This document shows positions 38,056-50,701 of a DNA stretch of 64,000 nt, in pieces. Source of the stretch: Leucoraja ocellata. Taxonomy: Eukaryota. The stretch covers positions 248,001 to 312,000 of the forward strand of contig JAWMAR010000361.1 in the NCBI GenBank assembly GCA_036785375.1, in the 5' to 3' direction. The notes beneath the pieces are model-generated. The model searched no databases, was not told where the DNA came from, and saw nothing but the letters and a program-made list of their open reading frames with translations. The first letter of the stretch is position 1. Each line of letters starts with the position of its first letter. Made by a program: the position numbers and the translations under genes.

Positions 38056-41000
38056 CCACAATAGGCTGGTCTGAGCTTGAATAGGCCACTAGGATAACAC
38101 AATGTCATTTGCAGTCATTGACTTTTTTGTACGTAGCTTAATGTTTTCCCAGTCAGTAGATAGTTGCTGGCAATATGTACAGCTCTTACTTGTTGGAGCG
38201 GTGTCAAAAAAGTTTGGCGATAACAAATGCATGAGGTTTGAATGTATTTCTTGATGTACGATTTTAGAATTGAAACATATCATTAGAATCTGAATCTTGT
38301 GTTTTAATAATTTTGACATATAAAATCAATGCTTTTTTTTAAACACTAATTTCAATTTTTATTGATTTGAAGCTTTAATATTACACCTCGGGCCAGACAA
38401 TTTATCAATGACAATATACCATGAAAATATAATCATTTGTCAAAACATAGAAAGTAAATATGCATGCATCAATAAATCATCCCTGCTTTAATTGTGTTCA
38501 TTGGCAGTAATATTATATTATTATGAACACAATTGAAAAAAAAATCCAGGCTTTATGTTATTGTTACTGAAATGAAAACATTGATAAATTCTTATTAGTA
38601 AATGGTGGAAATGTTCTTTTATGGATCTGTGAATGCAAAGTGAACTTGATGTTATCAATAAAAAGGCACTGCCAAGCTTAAATATAATGTTCAATCTGTG
38701 CAACAAATTAAGATAAATGTTAATATGCATTCATAGGCCTGTGGTGATTTATTTGGAATATATATTTGATCATAGCTAAAATGGCTTTAATACATCTTAT
38801 TCTTATATTTCTTTTTGAGCAATGTACATTTGTTGATTCAGATCTGACGAATTTGGTCATTAATAGTTCTGCATTTTGCTGGAAGAAATTAATATTTTGT
38901 TTCTGCATCTGCATTTAATATTTTGAAAGAAATTGAACATACTTGACTGTTATTCATGCTCTGAAATAATTAGTCTTGGGCAGATTAATGAGCATTTGAA
39001 GGCAGCCTTGAGGCGCACCTGCATGACCAAAACAGACAGTCAGCTGTGAAAGGGCATGACACGAGCAGCGAGAAAAGAAGGATGGATTAACTGCTTAAAA
39101 AACCAAAAGTTTTCCCATTGTTGGATATAATTCAGTTACATTCGTTGACAGAAGGCATCGCAGTCAAAAACAATTACAGCTGTGCACAACTGAATCGTTT
39201 AATTTTAACATTTCTGCCAATGCCTGCATACCAGAAATTCAAAATTATGTGCATTTATTTTTTTTTGTTACTGAACAAGCGGTGCGTATTTTATTCAATT
39301 GCTATGCTGGAAATTTCGAGCCTTGGCGTCTTGAAGAAGATTGTAGCGCTCAAGGGCTTCCTGATGAGTCAATTTTTACAGTGTGCAAACATGCGAGTCA
39401 TTAAGATGGCCATTTCATGTTAGTTCATGCATAAAATAGTCAAACAAAACATGCCGTTTAAATTGCTGTCTGAGGTACTTTCCAGCATCAGTTCCTGTGT
39501 ACAGATGAGATGGAGTTCAAGAAAAATAAATGTAAGAAAATATTTAGAGAAATATGCTGGATGAAACAATGGTCAATTTTTTCAGACTGCACAGATTCCA
39601 ACCACTTCCTGCCATCCCTCCAGCTAAAGTATCCAGCAGAAAATCACATTCAGTTTTCCCAAGTGAAAAATGTTACAAAATGGCTTTAAGTCTCCTTTTC
39701 ATGCAAGTCTTAAAGAATAGGTATTGTAAAACATTTGCAGCACAGCAGAATGTTATAGAAGAGAAAAAGAGCTCTGACACCTACATCACTCTCGAGTAAT
39801 AACCAGATTTTGTTTATGCATCTAAACAAATGTGTGTGGTGCCTTCTTCTCCAAGTGACACAATGGTATGAAGGAGCTCAGTGGGACGATTTTACAGTTT
39901 TTGGGGCCAAACATAACCACTTAATGATTTTCTCTCCTGGACATTAACAAAACTCACCATTGCCAATTGTAATTGATATGCATGCAACTCCTTCAAAGTT
40001 GTTCCCTTAAAAGAACCAACAGAACATAACACTTAAATTTCCACAGGAGTCAACCATATCGGCATACAGTGAACAAACATTAACAGCTGTCCAGCTGGCT
40101 CAAATTTCCATTCTGACAAGTGACCATTTTCCAGTAGAGTTAGTGTTAATTCATCCATACACCAAAGACTCAAATAGTATTTACGTACAATTGGGCACTA
40201 CAGTTGGATCCAGAGCATGCTGAGCAGCACAATCAAAATAAAGACAGCATTTAGTAAATGCTTTTATAATATCCCCTACCATGTTTATGGTGGATAAAAG
40301 GTTCTGAGTGGGAAAATACCCAGCCACCATCTTTCTCCTGCTGTGGACTTGTGCCTTGTTTTAAAAATAAAAATATACAGAAAGTTTGAACAATTTCTTG
40401 GAAAGAGAATAGTGGATCTGATTGTGGACTACTTATCTTTCACATCTTTAATCAAACATTTGAAAAACACGCAAGACGTCCTCCGTTATTCAAACTCCCT
40501 TTTTAAACGTAACTCCATCTAAGCCAGCGTTTGTTGTTCATAGTCCAGTTGTGCAAAGGACAAACAGTTTTAATTTTCCTCAAATATTTAAAATTATATT
40601 ATGACATGCTTTCAAACTCTGAAAGGCCCAAACATACATATTTGTTGAAACATGCTGCTTCACTAATGCAAGAAATCAATCATTTGTCTTTTTAACGGGC
40701 AATGTGGCTCGATGGTGTGGATTCCAGCCCTCCAGCAGTAGATGTGTTAATACCACAAACCACAAAGACTCAGTCTCAACGGAGAAACATGTTTCTGTGA
40801 TTTAGAATGTAATATACCGGCAACCTATTATTCTGCTCACTGTCAAACAGCAGAAGATCATTAGGTGAACCTCACCAGTCTGTGCCTCTGGTTTCGATAC
40901 ATATTATCAGTAATTGGTGGGATACAACAAACTACTCACATTTCATAGTCAAGAAGAGTTGATACTGCCAAAGTGCCCCTGTATCATTGACGACATTTTG

Positions 41001-42007
41001 CCTGGATTAGAATTTCAATTGCAGATTTTGAAAAACACATCCGTTCTGTAGTTCCCCTGCGATGATTAATCTTTTGTTTGGCAAATTCAGGCAAAACTTA
41101 AAAAATACTACAAACATCATTATTACATTAAAATAACTAGATGCAAAATTACAAAGCAACAGGCTACCACAGATCCCAAATGGGCTTTGAAGAATGATGA
41201 AGAAAATGGAATCAATGCCAAGAGACAATCTGAAATTAAGTGTCCACTGCTTCGCAGAAGAGACATGCCGGAGTGCCATAAAATAGGCAGAATAATTCAG
41301 GGCGAACTGTCTGAGAGAAGGAGAGCTATGTGGGAAACACCGGACACTGGAATCTTGCACGGAACACAAACTGCTGGAGTAACTCAGTGGGTCAACATCT
41401 TGAGAATGCAGGTTAGTAAAGATGAGGAGTGGTTTTTGAATGAAAAAGTGTGTGATCTGGAATGGAAGTCTTAAGGTTTTGGATAGACTGGAACCATAGA
41501 GGATAGAAAATAGGTTGGCAAAGTAGAGAGCACTGGGATAATCATGGTAGGCATTGACAATGACTAGCTTTAAGTGGCAGGTGAGCTGAAGGAGATGAAG
41601 TAGCAACAGAAAAGGACTTGATTCGGAGACACAAGTAGCTAACCTTGTGCTGGAGTCTTAAGCTCAGCATCATAAGAACATGTACTTCCAAATATTTTTG
41701 CTTCATCCACGATTTTTGCAAGAGGATGGAGCTGGTGGGTGGATTTTAAGATAAATTGCTCTTGACTCCCAATGTTTAGCTGGAAAAAACTTGGATGTTC
41801 AAGAATTGATATCAGACAAAAAGTTTCTTAATTCATCCTGTAATTGTCTCTGAAAACAGTGTCTTGACTGATGCATTGTTGACTTGGGTCACAGGCTTTC
41901 CAAGGATAAGAGTGCATCTGTGCTACAAGATCCCAGAAGTATATATATAACCCTATTGTATATCTATCTATGTGTGCGTGCGTGTGTATTATATACCACG
42001 GGCACAG

Positions 42008-42225
42008 CCAAGTCAAGTCAAGTCAAGTTTATTTGTCACATACACATACGAGATGTGCAGTGAAATGAAAGTGGCAATGCTCGCGGACTTTTGTGCAAAA
42101 GACAAACAACAAAACAACCAAACAAATTATAAACACGATCATAACACCCATATTCTTTTACATGATAAATAATGGAAGGAAAAACGTTCAGTAGAGTTAG
42201 TCTCTGGTGAGATAGGCGTTTACAG
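42008..42225 (-). mobile_element. Non-LTR retroelement 3' end with (CAAGT)n tail, Rex1/Babar-like
   Basis: caagtcaagtcaagtcaagtttatttgtcacatacac...cagtgaaatgaaagt. Confidence 0.6.
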
Positions 42226-43855
42226 TCATGCACTGTCACAGTTCCTGAGAACAAACTGCACACATTTAGTTTATATACATTAGTATCCGTACACTTTTCA
42301 AAATCTTTATTTTAATGCAGTGATTATGAAAGCTTTTCTCCATAAACTGACATAAATTTGTTCTTTATTTTCTAATTTCTGCATATTTAATAATTGTAAT
42401 CACTCTCACAAAGACAGATTAATTTGGATTTTTCTCATTTAAAATCTTAGCAAAATTAACAATGTAATGTTTATTTGCACAATGGTCCCATCTAGAACAC
42501 GGTTTAAAGTTCCTTGCTTGATTACACTTTCAGTGACTAAAGTACACAGTCAGTAAGAAAATGACATGAGGATCTGTACGACATTGAATCATGCAGATTC
42601 ACTTCATTCTTTCCCTGGGCACCGTACACTTAGATGAGAATCAACACGCTGATTAAATAGATTCCCCAAGTGTAATCCATAACAAACTTTCTCCATCCTT
42701 CATCGTTAGTTTTGACAAAGCACCATAACAATCAGATCATTAATACACCCACAGTCTAAAAAGAACCGGAAGCAACAAAATTAATGTAGTATCTTAATAT
42801 TGATCTAAGCCCCCAAACACATACATTAAGCATCTGCATGAGAAAAGCAAGCCAGCATTTTCCTTTGTGCCTCTCCCTCTTGCAGTTAATGCTGCTAATT
42901 AATTAAGTGCAGATCTCCTGAAGAAGAAATATCACTTGCCAATAGAATAATGTTTAGAAAGTCTAGAGGCACGGGCACATTGCATGCTTTTAAAAAAAAG
43001 TCTGGTTTACAGCAATTGCGTTTCATTGTCACAATATATTTTATTAATAGTAACTTGGCAGGGGAGCTTATTGATTAGGTTTGAACAGAAGTGAAACCCA
43101 ATTAGAAATTTGCATCTAATTAACATATGTTTAACATAATTACTGTCCTTCCCAACAAACTCATTTATATTGATTTCTGGATGGGTTGGCAAATATCGGA
43201 GGCATGACAAATGTGATTTAGTAACTGGTGCACTCAATTGTTAAAACTGGTACAACATACTGGTTGCAGGTCTAAAACATATTGCAATTGATGCATGAAG
43301 GAATTGCCCTTGACCCATACATTAACATCACTCATACAATAGATTAATTATGTATTCAAAATGTGTTAGGGGAGTGCATTTAAAATGATTAGTGGGGTTG
43401 TCAGAATTACTTAAAGTTGACCTGTGGTTTAAATAAAAGCTGCAAGATGTCCATGTACAGGTAAATTCAAGGGATGGACTCATTGTTTTTCGATACAAAA
43501 GCAACATAGAAAAATAATCAGGGTGTGGGCATTAAAAACTAGTTGTGCAACATTTTGTTTGAGAGCACAAATAGCAAGGACAAAAACACATCTAAAAGTG
43601 AAATGTCAGCCAATAAACAGAGGAATATTTTGATAGTTGATGCCTTTATCATTTTGAATAGAAGGATAAGAAATCAAAATATCATCTTTCAGATCCATGG
43701 CTTGTGTTTATTTGAGTCAATACACTTCCTGAGAATAGAGTGAAGTAACTGTATGCATATTTAAAATTATAGTTCTATTCCAGGAGAACCATAATGGTGT
43801 AAATACTTTGTGGGAAAGACAATTAGACATTGCTGAGATTTTATTTTGAAGATTG

Positions 43856-44165
43856 TTTAGAAAGATACAGCAAGGAAACAGGCCCTTCGGCCCACTGATT
43901 CCACGCTAACCATCAAATATCCGTTCATACTCGTTCTACACTATCCCACCCTCTCATCCACTCCCGGCACACTAGGGGTCATTTACAGAGGTCAATTAAC
44001 CTTCACACTCACACATCTTTGGTATGTCGGAGGAACGGGGAGCATCTGGGGGAAATCTATGCAGTCACAGGGAGAACGTGCAAACTCCACACAGACTGCA
44101 CCCGAGGTCAGGATGAAACCGGGGTCACTGTCACTGTGAGGGAGCAACTCTACCAGCATTCCATT
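43856..44165 (-). mobile_element. HE1-like V-SINE
   Basis: tttagaaagatacagcaaggaaacaggcccttcggccc...gagaacgtgcaaactccacacagactgcacccgaggtcaggat. Confidence 0.85.
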
Positions 44166-44530
44166 ACTGAAAATAATCACTCCACAGGACACTTTGAAAT
44201 CAACTGGTCACCGCAAATACTCAATTAATATCATATTAACATTTATCAAAAAAGAACATAACTTCATAAAATTGTTAGATCAATAAATTCTTCATCAAAC
44301 TTATGTAAACCTGGGATTAGATTTTTGTTTTGATTTCTTTTCCTATAATGGTTAACATTTATTCATGTATCTCATTTGCCTTTGAAGTAGAAATGAGCCA
44401 CCTACCTGAACCCATGCAGCCCTGTGATAATGTTGCTGCAATCAGGGTGGTACAAGTACGAGATGTTGAATGAAATCTGAAATAACTAGCAAAGGAGAGA
44501 AAGCCACAACAAACACTTCTCTTCCAAGTG

Positions 44531-44732
44531 TGTCTGAAGGAACTGCAGATACTGGTTAATACCGTAGACACAAAATGTTGGAATAACTCAACAGGACAAA
44601 CAGCATCTCTGGAGAGAAGGAATGGGTGACGTTTCAGGTTCAAACCCTTCTTCAGACTAAAGAAGGTAGTCTGAAGAAAGATCTCGACCTGAAACGTCAT
44701 CCATTCCTTCTCTCCAGAGATGCTGCCTGTCC
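44531..44732. mobile_element. Foldback PLE terminal-repeat element with a hammerhead core on each strand
   Basis: 65-bp inverted arms 44594-44658 and 44668-44732 with a 9-bp spacer. Minus core CTGAAGAAGGGTTTGAACCTGAAACGTC; plus core CTGAAGAAAGATCTCGACCTGAAACGTC. Confidence 0.85.
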
Positions 44733-45029
44733 AGCTGTTATTTCTCTTCCAAGAATGCTTTCTGCAGTACTTTGGCTCTGCAGAATTCAGACACTGGGCA
44801 ACAGCAGGCTCCAAGATATTGAGCTGTTAATATGAATAATCTCCAAGATTGGTTGGTTTGTATCTTAAAAGGAAACTTACAATTTGCAAATCTGGGATGT
44901 ACAAGTGACCGTTGGCTGACATGGACTCAATGGGCCGAAGGGCCTGTTTCCACGCTCTATCTCTAAACAAAACTTCTTCCATCATGTCAATGCTTGCTAA
45001 GAGACTGATGAGGTGGTAACTGGCTAGTA

Positions 45030-45195
45030 ATTTTTAAGACAGAGATAGATAGATTATTGATTAGTACAGGTGCTAGGGGTTATGGGGAGAAGGCAGGAGA
45101 ATGGGGGTTTAGAGAGAAAGATAGATCAGCTATGATTGAATGGTGGAGCAGATTTGATAGGCCAAATGGCCTTATTCTGCTCCTATCACATGAAC
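45030..45195 (+). mobile_element. CR1/HER1-like LINE 3' tail
   Basis: tttaagacagagatagatagattattgattagtacaggtgctaggggttatggggagaaggcaggagaatgggg. Confidence 0.7.
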
Positions 45196-47927
45196 TTAGT
45201 TTGGGAAGTTCCGCTTGCAAAGGACATACTTGGGCAATTATTTGCATGTTGGATGGATGCCAGTGTTAAAGCTATTTGGCTCTTGACTCATCAAGTTCTG
45301 AAGCTCATGTTCAGCACTGAGTGGAGATGTTCTGGGTAACTCACATGACAGGGTGAAATGAATGAGCTTTTGTGAAGATGCAACTACAGGAGGCTCTGGC
45401 CATCATGCTCTCAATGGAATAAGGTTGATTGCAAACATCAGCCTTGCATTTTGCACACATCTCTCAAAACACTGGGGTTTCACTAAACATAAGCTGCAAT
45501 TCAAAATTAGGCAAAAAAAATCACTTGGATTCCAATCTATTCATATAAAAATGCTACATTCTCTTTATGTATCCCAGACCTTTCTAATATAGTTATTCTT
45601 TACAAATTAGAATTTATAAGGAATTCTAAACCGGCCACCTACCTGAATTCCTGCAACCCTACGATAACATTGCTGCAATGTCGGGGTGGAATTAGGGATT
45701 CAGGTAAGCGTTTTTTTTTAGAATAATGGAAACATTTAAGCAACCTTGTGAAATATTTTGATATACTTGGGAGATCAAAATGATCTTCAGCCTCAAAAAC
45801 CTTTTAATTCTTCTCATTGCTTCCAGTTGTACTGAAACGTGTTTGTTTAATGTAAGATTAGTGTAATTTAGTTTAGAGATACAGTATGGTCTCAATTCTA
45901 CGATCCACTGAGTCCACACTGACCAATGATCACCTGTCACACTAGTTCAATGTTATCCTATTTTCTCATCTACTACTGTTACTGCTCCTTTACGTAACAG
46001 GCTTCCTCAAACCTCTTGCTGTCTCTAACTCTCTCCATTAGTCTCTATTTTTGTTCATTAAGATTAGGTCATTGACAGAAATGGGGAAACTGGACTAGTG
46101 AGACCATATCTACTTGGGGGAATTAACGTTGGCAAATGCAGCTAATTATATTAAAATTATATTATCTCCTGGGCCATGAAATGGGTAGCTGCAGAAGCTT
46201 TACGTCTCTTCACATTAAGATACATTATAAGATATTAGCACAAAAACATACTTTCTACTAAAAATCAATTTTAGTAACAAGTCGAGTTGAGTCAAGAGAG
46301 TTTATTGTCATGTGTCCCAGATAGGACAATGACATTCTTGCTTGCTGCAACACAACAGAGTATTGGAAGCATAAATACAGAATAGTTCAATGGAAGAGAG
46401 TTGAAAATTCAGTAAAAGTAATGTTTTGCAAAATATTTACAGAACAGTCAAAACAGAGATTATGCGATTGTCTAAGAGCCAGATATCAACGGAAATATTA
46501 AATTGTGAATCATTTATATTTTGTCCGACATTCTAAAATGCGCTGAAATTTATAATGTGGAAAAAAAAATCCAAAAATATGTTGCAATAAATGCTTTAAA
46601 AACTTCAACTTTTAAGAGCAAAATTAAATTATTGATCTATAATGATTTATGTGCTTTTGAATTATATCAGTAAAAATGATAAGCCTATTATTACATAACC
46701 GACTATTTATACACCACAGCATTTGATTCGCAAGTTCGAGAAGCTTTCTTTCATAGCACCTTTAAATTATTTTAAGGAAACAAATGTCTGTACAATGTAG
46801 TTTGCAAATTGATACTAAAAGGTAAAGAGAACATAATATTTTGCATTCGTGTCTAACCTGAAAAACCCAACCCAAAACCATTTGTGTGTAAATGTTTGCT
46901 TGCTGTTTTTTTAATATTTAAATTGCTGCAGCTTTCTGCAGACTGAGCTTGACAGCAGCTTTGATGAATTAAGTAATGCTTGGTTTAATTCATTAAATAA
47001 ACTACAGAACCTCATGCCATCTCCCTTATCTGTCTCTTTGCATTCATTCTTTAGGTGCTTCATCATGAGATTTTAACCCGAGGTTCTTCATCAAATTGAT
47101 CTGACCCTGAAACGGATTCCAAGTAAAAACTTGTAGCTGAAATATTGACATATTTATATCATCATTATTCATCTTACAAGTTACACTTGATCTCATTTCA
47201 ATGTTCAAAAACACATTAATTGATACTACTGAGCAAATGATATTCAACAATGAAAATATCAACTCTAATTAGTTTTATAACACATTCACTGCCTACATAT
47301 TCTATGTAACAACCTATTTAAGAACAGACTAACATCTCAACTACAGTGTTTTATCTATTAAAGCAACCCATTTCAAAACTAGCCACAAAGGGATGGATTA
47401 AATAAAAGTCATCTAAGATGCCCTGCTTTTAGCCAAGCAAAGCAAAATTTATTTTGATCTAATCCTGCATTCTAACCATAATTTAGTTTTAATGAAACAA
47501 AATGTGGACAACATTAGGCAGGTCGGTTTCAATGTATTTTAAGACAACATGGCTCTGAAAAGATTAAGGCGTTTTTTTGGCATGCATAAAATTTAGAAAA
47601 ATAAGGTTCTGGACTATTATTCTGGTGTTTTAGAGGATGATAAAAGCTTAGTTTGAATAATTTCATCTGGGCTATTTCAGAGTGGTTACGTACTATATCT
47701 CACCTGACAGATGCCTCTTTATGTACTGAAGTTGATCATTGATGGAGGACTACAGAACCATAATATGTGGAACAAAGTGTGTACCACTTGGTAAGTAGCC
47801 TAAATCAAGATTATTTTGGAAATAATGATAATAGAAGGAACTGTCAACTTACTGCATTTACCAAGACTGAACATCACCTCCATAGATACACATTTTAAAT
47901 TTAATTTTTGTTCAAACTTTACAATGG

Positions 47928-48204
47928 CCACTGCCTCGAAGCTCGAGAGACCTAGGTTCAATCCTGACCTTGGGTGCTGTCTGTGTGGAGTTTGCATGTT
48001 TTCCTTGTGACCGTATGGATTTCCTCTGGGTGCTCCAGTTTTCTCCCACATCCCAAAGATGTGCGGGTTTGTGGGCCTCCGTAGATTTGCCACTAGTGTG
48101 TAGGGAGTGGATGAGAAAGTGGGACATAATTGAACTACTGTGAACAGGTGATCGATGGTCAGCATGGAACCGGTGGGCCGAAGGGCCCGTGTATCTCTAA
48201 ACTA
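47928..48204 (+). mobile_element. HE1-like V-SINE
   Basis: ggttcaatcctgaccttgggtgctgtctgtgtggagtttgcatgtt...gggccgaagggcccgtgtatctctaaactaa. Confidence 0.85.
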
Positions 48205-48231
48205 ATCATTTAAGCAGACAGGTTTCAACAC

Positions 48232-48440
48232 AAATGGAGGGAATGGACAGGCAACATTTCAACTGAGTCTGCATCAGTCTGAGGAACTGTATGATTCAAA
48301 AAGTTGCCTGTTCCAATCAATTTGAAGAAGGGTCCCAACTCAAAACTTTTCCTGTCCATTCCCGCCACAGACCAGCAGAGTTCCTTCAGAACTTAAATGT
48401 TTTGCTGACGATTCCAGCATCTGCTGTTTCTTCCATCTCC
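48232..48440. mobile_element. Decayed foldback/tandem PLE terminal repeats
   Basis: gggaatggacaggcaacatt is inverted against aaaacttttcctgtccattccc; two plus-strand core remnants (gtctgaggaa; ttgaagaagggtcccaactcaaaac). Confidence 0.6.
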
Positions 48441-48949
48441 AGACTAGTTCCATGTGTTAAATACTTTGAAGATAAGCAAATTAACAAGTTCAAATGCCAC
48501 CTTCAAATGTTTCCAGTAGAGGATCCCATCTTATTCAGATCACTACTTTAAGATGGTGAAGCGCATTTTTGTCGATATTTTTCATCACGGAATCTCATTT
48601 CTTCCCTTTCATAGCAAACAATGTAAGGCAGCAGCTGGAGATTTAATTGCATGATACGATAATTCTGTGTGACATATAATGGAATCTTACCAAAAGCCCA
48701 TCCCATGCCTTGGGTATTTAATGTGCCAGTAACATACTTCCAAAACATTTCTCTATGTACATACAACACACTCTTGCAGAGAGCTGCAAGGCATGTATAG
48801 CAATGTTAAATGTTGCACAATACCTTGACGTGACTTGCAAAATAACTCCTATGTGTAAGCATAGCCCTTGTACGCCAAATAATTTTGTGTAAATTATATC
48901 ATAATGAGAAGCATGCTTTATCTAAAAATTGCTGGAGAAACTCAGTGTG

Positions 48950-49142
48950 TTGATCCTGACTACGGGTGCTGTCTGTACGGAGTTTCCCCGGGTGCTCCAG
49001 TTTCCTCCCACATTCCAAAGACATACGGGTTCGGAGATCAATTGGCTTTGGTGAAAATTGTTCCTTGTGTAGGGGATAGTGTGGGAATTGCTGGTCGGTA
49101 TGGACTCGGTGGGCCGAATGGCATGTTTCCGCTCTGCATCTG
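48950..49142 (+). mobile_element. HE1-like V-SINE lacking its head, abutting a PLE arm (48905-48946)
   Basis: ttgatcctgactacgggtgctgtctgtacggagttt...gggccgaatggcatgtttccgctctgcatct. Confidence 0.8.
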
Positions 49143-49749
49143 TATGAGTGCATAGCAGAATCACCAGATTCATTTGCTTCTTCTAACATCAGCTCTTTTG
49201 AAACTGTAACAATTTTAAGAAAGAAACAACCATAAGGGACATCCATGCATTTTATCTCATTGTTCTGTGTGAGATCCTCCTCTGCACTGGTGGCTACATT
49301 ACAATAGTGGTAATGACACTTCAAAAGCACCTCATGGTCATTAAACACCAGCAGTGATCGTGGATGTAATGGTTGGTACATAAATACAAGTTTGGATATC
49401 TGTTCATTATCTGAACATTACAATTCTTCTGCAGCCTTTGATGTGTTACCATTCTTTAATTGATGCATTAATTTCATGGGGTTGCTTGGGATTCTTTAGT
49501 AACTGCCATCAGGCCTGAAGGTATTTAGATCGTAAGACAAAGATCCAGTTACAAACTGGTAATATTCAATTGGAGAAAAATGAACAGAATGTTCCAAATA
49601 ACTTGGAGGATAATAACAAGTGGTACTAACAACACAAAAGAAAAATATTACCTCGACTGTCCCAGTCTCTACTGCATTTCTTCTACAATCATTGCTGATC
49701 ATAATGCAATGTAAAGCCTAAGTTGTGCAATTGTTATCTATCTATCTTA

Positions 49750-50701
49750 TCTATATAACTAAAAGTATCATCTTGACCACTTCCTGTCTGTGCTATATAT
49801 TGATTTTCGAAAAAAAAACACTTCCCAATATCGCTATGATTTTTGGCCATCTTACTCACAGTCCTGCTCCGCTGAGGCAGCCCCGAGGATTTTTCCGATC
49901 GATGAAAAATAAGAGTTATTAGTGTTTAAAATATCTTGAGATCAGCTGATTGGTCCTCTCGCCTGTCAATCACCATGATGAAAATAACGCCCCTTCCTGG
50001 GGTGGGAGGTTGCAACCTTCACATGTTTCCACGAATGCAATCAACCTGGCGTGCACAATCATATAAGATCAAATAGAACAAGTTGTCCTCCCCCTCCCCT
50101 TCGACCACCTCTCTATTGATCCTCCTCCCTATCTACCCCCTCCCTCTCTACCCCCTTCCCTTCCCCTACTCCTCCCTCTCTACCCCTTCCCTCTCTGCTC
50201 CCCCTCCCTCTTGATCCCCCTTTCCTCTCTCACCCCCCCTACCTCTCTGCCCCCCTCCCTCTCTAGGGTGTGGTGAGTATTGGGACCTATGGGTGATTGG
50301 TGGAGTATTCCGTTCGGGAACCAGCCCTCCCCTGTGACGCTGCTCCCCCCCCCCCCCCTCCACACCCCTCAATCTCTACCCCTCCCCATCCCTCTACCCT
50401 CCCTCTCTACCTCACTCACCCTCTCCCTCTGCACCCCCCCTCCCTCCCTAACCCCACCTGCGCAGTTGGGGGCTATGCGTGAGTGGATAGGGTGGGGGAA
50501 AAGGAGCAAATGAATAANNNNNNNNNNNNNNNNNNNNNNNNNNNNNNNNNNNNNNNNNNNNNNNNNNNNNNNNNNNNNNNNNNNNNNNNNNNNNNNNNNN
50601 NNNNNNNNNNNNNNNNNNNNNNNNNNNNNNNNNNNNNNNNNNNNNCCCCCCCCCCAACACGCGTTGAGGGGACGGGACCCAACGGGTCCCACTTGGTCTA
50701 G
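49750..50701 (+). mobile_element. Non-autonomous Helitron
   Basis: 5' a|TCTATATAACTAAAA; 3' hairpin GGGACCC-AAC-GGGTCCC (50674-50690), 7-nt spacer, CTAG|t; inserted at A|T with no TSD; C-rich low-complexity interior. Confidence 0.85.
50518..50644. other. Assembly gap (127 N)
   Basis: Run of N inside the Helitron low-complexity region. Confidence 1.

Noticed and set aside
50090-50692. Gly/Pro-rich ORFs around the gap
   Set aside because: Artefacts of C-rich low-complexity sequence and N runs inside the Helitron.
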